This document shows positions 26,914-34,580 of a stretch of 64,000 nt of DNA, piece by piece. Numbering within the stretch: the stretch's first letter is position 1; the number at the start of each line of letters is the position of its first letter. Origin of the DNA: Parcubacteria group bacterium (GTDB taxonomy: Bacteria; Patescibacteriota; Minisyncoccia; Phycocordibacterales; UBA2135); contig JACPBB010000002.1 in NCBI GenBank assembly GCA_016180525.1, positions 225,044-289,043 of the forward strand, given 5' to 3'. The translations under genes were made by a program, and so were the position numbers. Below the pieces are notes generated by a model that saw only the letters and a program-made list of their open reading frames with translations, had not been told where the DNA came from and did no database searches.

Positions 26914-27534
26914 CTAATTTTTCGTTCTCCACTCGTAATATCCGGCTACAAGGAGAATAATTCCTATCATGATAAGCGCGCGAATAGTGTAGGCGACAGG
27001 AAGAATATTTCCTTCAATATATGTATTGTATGCGGGAATTAAGGAAAACAGAGCCGCTAAAAAAAGAATACCCCATGCAGCCAAAGGCTCTGTGTTTCTT
27101 TTTTCTTTAAACATATTGTGGAGCGTCGGGAAATATCCGCACACAATAAGAAATTGGGTAAACCAATTTGATGTCCACGCGTCACCAGAGGCAATTCCGT
27201 AAAGCACAATAATTCCGGCACCGAGAAGATAATATTTTTGCCACCAGAATGTTTTTTGAAGCATCTCACGGCTACCCCACAGAAATATAGCGGCTACAAC
27301 GAACAGTATGGAAACAAAATCGGCGGCGTTAAAGATATTCGTCTCAAAATCTTTTTTCTCGGCAATCACATATGTGGCAAGGCTTAATCCAGTCGCGAAA
27401 GCCCAGATGAGCCAGGAAGAAAGTGCCGGCTTTGCTTTTTTTGTGTAAATCAATCTTCCGTATACGAACGTAAAGAGCACCATCAATATTTCCACAAACC
27501 ACACGGCAACCTCATGCAAGGGCGTGGAAGACAT
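26914..27534 (-). CDS. Polytopic integral membrane protein, function unknown
   Basis: About six hydrophobic segments in 206 aa. Confidence 0.35.
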   Translation of the reverse strand: MSSTPLHEVAVWFVEILMVLFTFVYGRLIYTKKAKPALSSWLIWAFATGLSLATYVIAEKKDFETNIFNAADFVSILFVVAAIFLWGSREMLQKTFWWQKYYLLGAGIIVLYGIASGDAWTSNWFTQFLIVCGYFPTLHNMFKEKRNTEPLAAWGILFLAALFSLIPAYNTYIEGNILPVAYTIRALIMIGIILLVAGYYEWRTKN

Positions 27535-27644
27535 ATTGTTGCTATTCGTGTTTGTGTTCTTGTTTATTTTTAATACAGATTATGTTCACAATCAAGGTTT
27601 TATATTACAATTGTAAAAGAAATTAAGCACAAGGGCAGGGCGCT

Positions 27645-28280
27645 GTGCGCAGAGCATTGATTGAGGGACATATCCGGAAATTGTCTGATTCGCTTGGCGG
27701 AATTCGTCCTCCGGTTACTGGAGAAATACTTTACGTGCTGCATGCGAAAAAAGATTTTGCCGGAATGGTGAAATACATTGCCCGCGCGCTTAAGGTAAAC
27801 TGTAAGATACGAATTGACTATGTTAACTGTACCGATGACGCCAATGCAAAAATAGGTTATCCAGAGCACATATCTCCCTTTGGAACCAGAGAATTTAGAA
27901 ACACTAAAGTTACACTGTATCTGCATCAGGCATTCCTGCGGGCGGCGCCATGCGACATGGTTATTTTTGCTATTGCGCATGAATTTTCCCACGTTGTTCT
28001 TGCCTCTATTGGCCACGAATTAAAGAGTGACGAAGTGGCAGCTGATTTAACGGCAATGATATTAGGATTTCGTTATTTTTATCTTTCGGGAAATAGATAT
28101 GACAAAGAGGGGAACCAGTTTGAAACAGATATTTTTTTGAAATTGTGGCGTGAATTCAATAAACGATTGTTGGGACATGTGTATATACATGTTACATGCG
28201 GATATCTCACTATGGAAGAAATACAGTTTGGATGCTCACTTATGGAGGAAATAGAAAAAACGCAGCATAAAAATAAGTAA
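27645..28280 (+). CDS. Putative HEXXH zinc metallopeptidase-like protein
   Basis: MVIFAIAHEFSHVVL carries an HEXXH motif. No other assignable domain. Confidence 0.35.
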   Translation: MRRALIEGHIRKLSDSLGGIRPPVTGEILYVLHAKKDFAGMVKYIARALKVNCKIRIDYVNCTDDANAKIGYPEHISPFGTREFRNTKVTLYLHQAFLRAAPCDMVIFAIAHEFSHVVLASIGHELKSDEVAADLTAMILGFRYFYLSGNRYDKEGNQFETDIFLKLWREFNKRLLGHVYIHVTCGYLTMEEIQFGCSLMEEIEKTQHKNK

Positions 28281-28365
28281 CCGCCCATGATTGGGGCGGT
28301 TTTTCATTGACTTTTGAGATTTTCTTAAGTAATCTGCCAGATAGTTTGTTCAAAAAGGGGCGTGC

Positions 28366-28917
28366 ATGAAAATCATTCTTCCGAAAATTTTTTATGGCAT
28401 TGATCTGGCCGAAGAGCCGCTGTTCTTTTTGGCGGGGCCAATACGAGGTGGAGGAGACTGGCAAAAAGAGACGTGCGTCGCGCTTCAAAAGCATGTGCCG
28501 AATTGCATTATTGCTTGCCCCTGCAGGTGGAGTGCAAAGCACCCGCTCTCTTCATATTTTACAGAGGGGCTGGATACTGTTTTTGAAAGGCAGACAGACT
28601 GGGAGCGATATTACCTTGAACGAGCGGGCACATTAAACTTTGCCGGCGGCATCATTTTCTGGCTTCCGTGCGAAAGCAAAAAAGATCCCCATCCGGGACC
28701 CGAGCCATACGCAATGGATACCCGGGGAGAGTTGGGAGAGTGGAGATGGCGGATGAAGACAGAGAACGCGCGCGTTGTTGTCGGCGCCGAAGAGGGTTTC
28801 TTCGGTCTCAGCCAAATGCAGCGCAATTTTAGCAAGGCTCTCGGCTATGATTTTCCGGTCTATTCTTCTATTGAAGATACGGTGGAAGCGGCAGTGGCTC
28901 TTGCCTCGAGACAGTAA
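28366..28917 (+). CDS. Nucleoside 2-deoxyribosyltransferase-like / YtoQ-like Rossmann protein
   Basis: LFFLAGPIRGGGDWQ resembles the N-terminal signature of that fold. Weak call. Confidence 0.3.
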   Translation: MKIILPKIFYGIDLAEEPLFFLAGPIRGGGDWQKETCVALQKHVPNCIIACPCRWSAKHPLSSYFTEGLDTVFERQTDWERYYLERAGTLNFAGGIIFWLPCESKKDPHPGPEPYAMDTRGELGEWRWRMKTENARVVVGAEEGFFGLSQMQRNFSKALGYDFPVYSSIEDTVEAAVALASRQ

Positions 28918-29273
28918 CTAAATCCCCCATTTTATCAGATGGGGGATTTTTCAAATTTTAAAATTGTTAAAATATTTTACGCGTGGCTATTTATTAATAC
29001 AAAATATTATGCGACGCTCCGTTGAAACTCTCTGGGGTCGGTGGATGGAAGGCGTGTGAGCGATTTCAAGTTCTTCGGCTATCGGCCCAAAGAAACAGAA
29101 CGCCCAAAGCAAAATAAAGTGTTACTTCTATCCAACTTTGTTTCTGAAATGCTTCAAAAAGCGCTGTTCCAAAAAAGATTATGAATATTGTAAGATTTAT
29201 GAATTTCGGGCTTTTCATGCTTTCGTTCTAGCTAATTTATTCTTTGGCGGCAAATTTTATTCGGAAATTTTTA

Positions 29274-29486
29274 TTATTCAATAAAACCCACTATCGCCAA
29301 AAATCCCAAGAGCACAAAAATGACTCCTATAAATCGAGTAATGTTGTACGTGCGTTGGCTCGGTTCATATTTTGCACCCATAATTACACGTTGAGTCCAA
29401 ATTTGAAATTGTATTAAAATATCTGGCCTTACCACCATAAGCCCACCCGCAACCAAAAGAATAAATCCGACTATTGTAGATTCCAT
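29274..29486 (-). CDS. Small two-TM membrane protein (70 aa)
   Basis: Two hydrophobic helices. A second small TM ORF of about 49 aa on the minus strand ends at about 29219; it is not in the track. Confidence 0.3.
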   Translation of the reverse strand: MESTIVGFILLVAGGLMVVRPDILIQFQIWTQRVIMGAKYEPSQRTYNITRFIGVIFVLLGFLAIVGFIE

Positions 29487-29518
29487 ATGAGATAATTATA
29501 ACTAATTTATTTTTTAGC

Positions 29519-29650
29519 GGAGGCGGCAGGAACCTCACTACTCAGCCGATGGTCATCGGCTTGCGTTTTCAAACCACTCGGTTTGAAGAATCCTCCACGA
29601 GAAAATTACAGTTTTCCCGACCCCTTTCGTGTTCGAATCCTGCCGTCACG
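29519..29650 (-). repeat. Structured element A: about 105-nt multi-hairpin core capped by tRNA-Ser 3'-end-like termini
   Basis: 5' GGAGGCGGCAGGA equals the last 13 nt of the adjacent tRNA-Ser (as read on the plus strand). 3' ...GTTCGAATCCTGCCG is the inverted copy. The core CTCACTACTCAGCCGATGGTCATCGGCTTGCG... is homologous to element B, with compensatory changes. Confidence 0.6.
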
Positions 29651-29700
29651 AAAAGACGCTTTTTCAAAATACCCATATGGGGTATCTTAAAAAATCATTT

Positions 29701-29787
29701 CGGAGGCGGCAGGATTCGAACCTGCGGAACCCTTTCGGGTTCAACACATTAGCAGTGTGCTGCTTTCGACCGCTCAGCCACGCCTCC
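29701..29787 (-). tRNA. tRNA-Ser (anticodon GCU)
   Basis: GGAGGCG-TG-GCTGAGCGGTCGAAAGCAGC-ACA-CTGCTAA-TGT-long variable arm (GAACCCGAAAGGGTTC)-CGCAGGTTCGAATCCTGCC-GCCTCC-G. Confidence 0.85.
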
Positions 29788-29791
29788 AATA

Positions 29792-30037
29792 TTATTTTGT
29801 TGTTATTAATTTTTTAAATGCCCCTCCTCCTTTATACCTCTTTATTTGTCTTTCTCGCAACCAAGCGTCTTTTTTTGAGAAATATTTCTCTACTTTTACC
29901 ACCTTCCACGGAATACCAGATTTCGTTGATTTATTTTTTTCAGAATTATGATAATGCAGACGCTTTTCTAAATTAGAAGTATATCCAATGTAATATTTTT
30001 TATTTATGTCACTGTAAAGAATGTATACGATAAACAT
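29792..30037 (-). CDS. GIY-YIG nuclease family protein (81 aa)
   Basis: MFIVYILYSDINKKYYIGYTSNLEKRLHYHN. Start chosen at the Met preceding the GIY motif. Its stop lies 4 nt from the tRNA-Ser 5' end. Confidence 0.65.
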   Translation of the reverse strand: MFIVYILYSDINKKYYIGYTSNLEKRLHYHNSEKNKSTKSGIPWKVVKVEKYFSKKDAWLRERQIKRYKGGGAFKKLITTK

Positions 30038-30038
30038 A

Positions 30039-30103
30039 AGCTGCTTTCGACCGCCCACCGCCTTTGGCGGGGTCCCGCTCCGGCGGTGATCAGCCACGCC
30101 TCC
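30039..30103 (-). pseudogene. Degenerate duplicate of the tRNA-Ser 5' third with a 35-nt hairpin inserted in the D-loop
   Basis: Minus-strand reading: GGAGGCGTGGCTGA-[TCACCGCCGGAGCGGGACCCCGCCAAAGGCGGTGG]-GCGGTCGAAAGCAGC. It is followed 2 nt later by the GIY-YIG start codon. Confidence 0.6.
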
Positions 30104-30270
30104 CTAAATCATAATTTGCTTTGCAAATTTGATTGGGCAATCGTCCGCTATGAGCGGAGCGATTTAGCCAAATCATTCTTTACCATACCATATTTTCATA
30201 TCTTTTCCAGTATTTTTTTACTAAAAATCTTATATACTTATTTTTAGAAAATACAAAGGAGATTTTTTAA

Positions 30271-30597
30271 ATGACAAAAAAAATGTCTCCGGTTGTAAAG
30301 AATTTTGGACGAACGTTGCGCAGTATTCGAAGGACAAGCGCGAATTTTAACAAAGCGATGGGTTTTAAAAATCAGGTGAAAAATGCGCACGAAGCATTAA
30401 AGGGAAGTGTGATAAAAAAAGTTGTTGGAGAAGAGGGGCCAATGGGGAAAACAGTTCGAGTGATTTGCGAAGATGGCATGGAATTTGTTGCCAAATCAGT
30501 AAGCAGGCCCGGGATACATTACGAATGGGATACAGGGACGCTTGTTCAGGTGGAACGTCGTGGCGCGAGACTTGACGGACCAATTATTGACGAATAA
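30271..30597 (+). CDS. Hypothetical protein (108 aa)
   Basis: ORF; the upstream AAAGGAG lies 9 nt before the ATG. Confidence 0.35.
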   Translation: MTKKMSPVVKNFGRTLRSIRRTSANFNKAMGFKNQVKNAHEALKGSVIKKVVGEEGPMGKTVRVICEDGMEFVAKSVSRPGIHYEWDTGTLVQVERRGARLDGPIIDE

Positions 30598-30624
30598 TGT
30601 AGTAAAGCCGCACGTGCGGCTTTT

Positions 30625-31278
30625 TTAATGCGCCACCGTGCAGCATAAAATTTTTCGCGCGCCGGCAGCTTCTAAAACTTTTCGCGCCTCTAGCATTGTT
30701 CCTCCTGTTGTATAAATATCATCAATTAAAATTATATTTCTCCCGGCAATTTGTTCGGGATGAGAGAGGCTGAAACACCCGAGAACATTTCGCAGGCGCG
30801 CTTCACGATTTTTTATTGTCGCCTGTGGCGCTGTTTCTTTGTGTTTTTCTAAAACTTCAACGCACAATTTAAATCCCTCTCCGTGAGTTACGAGTTCTTT
30901 TGCGATTAACTCCGCCTGATTAAATCCGCGTTCACGCCACCGTTTTTGTGAAAGCGGAATGGGTATTACAAGCGGCTTTTCAAATTCTTGAAACAAGACC
31001 AACTCTTCCAGCTCGGCGCAGAGTTCCTCGTAGAGCATCTTCGCGCACACTGCCGCAATGTCTTTGCCGCCCTTATATTTTAATGTCCACAGCAGGCGGC
31101 GTATTGTTTCATCTTTGTATTGAAAAACCGAAACAAAACCAGTTTCATCGTGCGCGACCCTCGGCAGCTCTTCAACACAGCTCATACATATATATGTACC
31201 CGTCACTCCGCATTTAAAACACCGCGCGGGAAAGAGCTCGTTGAGTAAGGTCGACCAAAATATCTTTATATATTCCAT
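30625..31278 (-). CDS. comFC: ComF family protein (ComFC-like phosphoribosyltransferase with N-terminal Cys4 zinc finger)
   Basis: CFKCGVTGTYICMSC pattern. PRTase motif NIILIDDIYTTGGTM. 217 aa. Confidence 0.7.
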   Translation of the reverse strand: MEYIKIFWSTLLNELFPARCFKCGVTGTYICMSCVEELPRVAHDETGFVSVFQYKDETIRRLLWTLKYKGGKDIAAVCAKMLYEELCAELEELVLFQEFEKPLVIPIPLSQKRWRERGFNQAELIAKELVTHGEGFKLCVEVLEKHKETAPQATIKNREARLRNVLGCFSLSHPEQIAGRNIILIDDIYTTGGTMLEARKVLEAAGARKILCCTVAH

Positions 31279-31681
31279 ACCTCTTAATGAATCTCCACAC
31301 CTTAACAGGCGTGGAGATTCATTTCAAGAACCCTCGGTTCTTGACGTGACGTGTCGCTTTGCTCGCGTCACTGATCTCCGACACGGGAAAACTGCGCCTC
31401 TCGCCTGTTTCGCTTTGCGAAACAACGGCGAGTCTGCCTGCGACAGATAGGATGAAAAGCAAAGCAGCTTGCTTTTCATTCCTGCTCCCCCTTTCCTTGC
31501 AGCTCTTATTTTCCGCCTTTACAGGCGGAGAATAAGAGCTGAATTAATGGGGATAAGTTTGACAGTTTCAATATTATAATTCAACGCTTGCGTGGTATAA
31601 TTATATAGGCCGAATTCACTTGTGGCGAGCGAAGCCGAATCCACATAGGAAGACACGGAGATACTTGATATTATTAAAGCA

Positions 31682-32842
31682 ATGAGTCTTTTAGAGCAGA
31701 TAATTCGCGCTCCCTTATCTTTTCTTGGAAAATTTGGGAAAAAGAGCGGAAACAGCGTTATCGGTGTTGATATTGGGCCATCCTCAATTAAGGTGGTGCA
31801 ATTGCGCCGTGAAGGCGGCCGCGCCATCCTTGAAACATATGGGGAGCTCGCGCTCGGTCCCTACGCAGGGCTTTCAGTCGGACAAGCGACAAATCTTTCT
31901 GCTGAAAAAATCGCGGAAGTGTTGAAAGACATATTGCGAGAAGCAAATGTTACGACAAAAGAAGCAGCGTTCTCTATTCCGCTTGCCGCAAGTCTCACAT
32001 CTGTCATCTCCCTTCCGGCGGTCAGCGAGAAAGAATTAAAAAGCATGGTTCCGATTGAGGCGCGTAAGTACATACCGGTACCGATTTCCGAAACAACACT
32101 TGATTTTTGGGTAATACCCAAAAGAGAAAACGACACTCTTGAAATTGAGCGCGAGTCTCTGGCGGAAAATTCGGGCGAAGCAAGTGATTCGGGGCGCGTT
32201 GATGTGCTTTTGGTTGCGATTCACAACAGCATTATTCAAAAATATACGCGAGTCGCCGAACTTGCTAGTCTCTCTGTTGGCTTTTTGGAAATTGAAACAT
32301 TTAGTGCTATCCGGGCGCTTCTCTCTGGCGGCATCTCCACATCTCTTATATTGGACATTGGATCAAACGCCACGAATGTTTCAATTGTTGAAAACGGCGT
32401 TGTGTACCGGTCGCATGTGGTAAACCGCGGCTCGCAGGACATAACAGTCGCGCTCTCAAGGGCCTTGAGCATCACGCCGCTTCAGGCAGAAGAAATGAAG
32501 CGCGAAAAGGGAATTTTGGAGGCGGATGGGGAAGAGAGTAAGGTCGCGCACACCGCACGGCTCATATTGGAAAATATTTTTACGGAAGCAAACCGAGTGC
32601 TTCTTGAATACGAGAAGAAACAGCATGCGGCCGTGAGTAGAGTGTTTCTTTCCGGTGGTGGAGCATTGCTCAAAGGGCTATTGTCGTTTGCAAAGCAAAA
32701 TTTAGATACTGAAGTGATATATGGAAATCCTTTTTCAAAAGTAGAAACTCCAGCCTTTCTTGAATCTGTATTAAAGGATATTGGCCCGAGCTTTTCAGTC
32801 GCAGTTGGAGTAGCGCTTCGTAGATTGCAGGAATTAGAATAA
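31682..32842 (+). CDS. pilM: Type IV pilus assembly protein PilM (actin-like ATPase fold)
   Basis: N-terminal VIGVDIGPSSIKVVQL phosphate-1-like motif; about 386 aa; gene order with pilN and pilO. Confidence 0.75.
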   Translation: MSLLEQIIRAPLSFLGKFGKKSGNSVIGVDIGPSSIKVVQLRREGGRAILETYGELALGPYAGLSVGQATNLSAEKIAEVLKDILREANVTTKEAAFSIPLAASLTSVISLPAVSEKELKSMVPIEARKYIPVPISETTLDFWVIPKRENDTLEIERESLAENSGEASDSGRVDVLLVAIHNSIIQKYTRVAELASLSVGFLEIETFSAIRALLSGGISTSLILDIGSNATNVSIVENGVVYRSHVVNRGSQDITVALSRALSITPLQAEEMKREKGILEADGEESKVAHTARLILENIFTEANRVLLEYEKKQHAAVSRVFLSGGGALLKGLLSFAKQNLDTEVIYGNPFSKVETPAFLESVLKDIGPSFSVAVGVALRRLQELE

Positions 32843-32846
32843 ATTT

Positions 32847-32917
32847 CAGGCACTAGCCATTAGGCACTAGGGGAAAATAAAAATATTCCTAAAGCCTAAA
32901 GCCTAAAGCCTAGTATC
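32847..32917 (+). promoter_or_regulatory. Leader repeat copy 2, ending 4 nt before the pilN ATG
   Basis: CAGGCACTAGCCATTAGGCACTAGGGGAAAATAAAAATATTCCTAAAGCCTAAAGCCTAAAGCCTAGTATC-ATG. Confidence 0.7.
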
Positions 32918-33520
32918 ATGGCAGAATTTAAAACATCCTTTATTCCCAAAAAACCCATTTCCCCAAGCGGGGCCGGGCAAGCACAAAAAGGCATCAACCT
33001 TGTTTTGTTTGTTTCAATTGTAATTTTTTTCGCCTCTGCGCTTATCGCGGGCGGGGTATTTTTATTCGGAGTCTTTCTTGACCGGCAGGAACAAGGACTC
33101 ACCTCCTCAATTGAACGTGCACGAGAAGCCATTGAGCCGGAGCTTGTTTCTAGTTTAAGTAGAATTGATGCAAGAATTAAGGCCGTAAAAAATATTCTTG
33201 ATAATCATCGCACGGTTTCTCCGCTTTTTGATTTACTTGAACAAATTACGCTTCAGAGCGTTTCATTTGAAAGTTTTCAATATATTGTTGAGTCCGAAGG
33301 GAAAATTAATTTACTGCTCAGCGGTACGGCACGGAATTATTCCTCCATAGCGCTCCAGTCGGTATTGTTCGGGGAAGACAGATCTATTGAAAATCCTATT
33401 TTTTCAAATCTTCAGCTTAATAATCAAGGAAATGTTAAGTTTAATTTTTCCGCGAATGTGAATCAGCGTCTTACTTTGTACCGGAACGCGGTTTTGGGAG
33501 CAGTAACTCAAAGTTTTTAA
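32918..33520 (+). CDS. pilN: PilN-like pilus assembly protein (N-terminal TM, periplasmic domain)
   Basis: Single TM LVLFVSIVIFFASALIAGGVFLF, then a coiled region; position after pilM. Confidence 0.5.
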   Translation: MAEFKTSFIPKKPISPSGAGQAQKGINLVLFVSIVIFFASALIAGGVFLFGVFLDRQEQGLTSSIERAREAIEPELVSSLSRIDARIKAVKNILDNHRTVSPLFDLLEQITLQSVSFESFQYIVESEGKINLLLSGTARNYSSIALQSVLFGEDRSIENPIFSNLQLNNQGNVKFNFSANVNQRLTLYRNAVLGAVTQSF

Positions 33521-33526
33521 CATACT

Positions 33527-34066
33527 ATGATACGACAAATTTTACCAATTCTTCTTGTCTTAGCGTCGCTTGCGATATTCTTTTTCTTTGTTGTTCCACA
33601 ATACGCGACGCTTCAAGGAAAACGTAGTCAGATAGCCGCCCTTAACGAAGCCCTCAACAATTCACGACAAGTACAGGCCGTGAGAGACAGGTTGCTCACA
33701 AGTTACAACAATATTGCGGACGAAGACATTGACCGGCTGAAGAAAATTTTACCGGACCACGTTGATAACGTGCGTCTCATTCTTGAAATTGATCGTATTG
33801 CTTCCCGGAATGGTATGGTTCTCCAGAATGTGGTTACGAGAGATAGCACGAAAGAAAGCGCCGGTTCTTTTGGACCGAATGACGCGCTTTTCGGGAAGAT
33901 TCGCATAGGGTTTTCTTTGATTGGGCGGTATGAGTCAATTGTGAATTTTCTGGCTGAACTTGAACAAAGTCTCCGCGTTGTTGATGTCGTGGCACTGTCA
34001 TTTGCGCGCGGGCAAGGAGATTTGTTTGAATACGATTTGGAAATTGATACGTATTGGCTAAAGTGA
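33527..34066 (+). CDS. pilO: PilO-like pilus assembly protein
   Basis: N-terminal TM then coiled-coil; 179 aa; operon position. Confidence 0.45.
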   Translation: MIRQILPILLVLASLAIFFFFVVPQYATLQGKRSQIAALNEALNNSRQVQAVRDRLLTSYNNIADEDIDRLKKILPDHVDNVRLILEIDRIASRNGMVLQNVVTRDSTKESAGSFGPNDALFGKIRIGFSLIGRYESIVNFLAELEQSLRVVDVVALSFARGQGDLFEYDLEIDTYWLK

Positions 34067-34218
34067 ATTGGCCCGCCATTTTTGAACTTTCGTTGAGAGT
34101 TCAAAAATGGCGGAAGCCAAACCTTTACCCCTTTCTTTTCGCGCAAGCGCGCAAAAGGAGGGGGTGCTCAAAAAATATATTCATTATTCATTTCATTCAT
34201 AATTCATTATTTTTTGGC

Positions 34219-34518
34219 ATGTCTCAAAAAAATAAAAACATAATACTTGGCGTTGTTCTTCTCGTTGTTATTTTTATGGCGTACTCGTTCTTTTTTAAAA
34301 AAGATTCAAACGAAAGTCCGCTCATTGCAGAGAGTACTCTTTCTCAAAACAAGGAATCAGGAGTTGTTGAAGAATTTTTAGTTCTTTTGCGAACTCTCAA
34401 TAATTTAAAACTTGACGCGGAATTGTTCAATGACGAGGTGTATCGTAGTTTGCGCGATGAGAGCGTGGAGCTTGTTGGGCAGCCTCGTGGACGAGTAAAT
34501 CCGTTTGCACCACTGTAG
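34219..34518 (+). CDS. Small single-TM protein (about 100 aa), possibly a PilP-like accessory protein
   Basis: Start taken at the ATG within the conserved leader motif ...TTTTTTGGCATG. TM IILGVVLLVVIFMAYSFFF. Confidence 0.3.
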   Translation: MSQKNKNIILGVVLLVVIFMAYSFFFKKDSNESPLIAESTLSQNKESGVVEEFLVLLRTLNNLKLDAELFNDEVYRSLRDESVELVGQPRGRVNPFAPL

Positions 34519-34580
34519 CCTCTAGGCCATAGGGTCGTCAAAGACTAATGGCTAAATCCTAGTGGTTAACTACTAACATC

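Noticed and set aside
31280-31680. c-di-GMP-I (GEMM) riboswitch upstream of pilM
   Set aside because: The hairpins do not reproduce the GEMM consensus (no matching pair of conserved stem-loops with the characteristic ACGCACAGGGCAAACC-type segments) as far as I can recall it. Left as an unclassified structured region.
32880-32917. Tandem GCCTAAA heptamers (also at 36440-36460 and 55260-55275) as a possible CRISPR-like or microsatellite array
   Set aside because: Only 2-3 adjacent units with no spacers. They form the 3' arm of the leader hairpin element, so they are not CRISPR.
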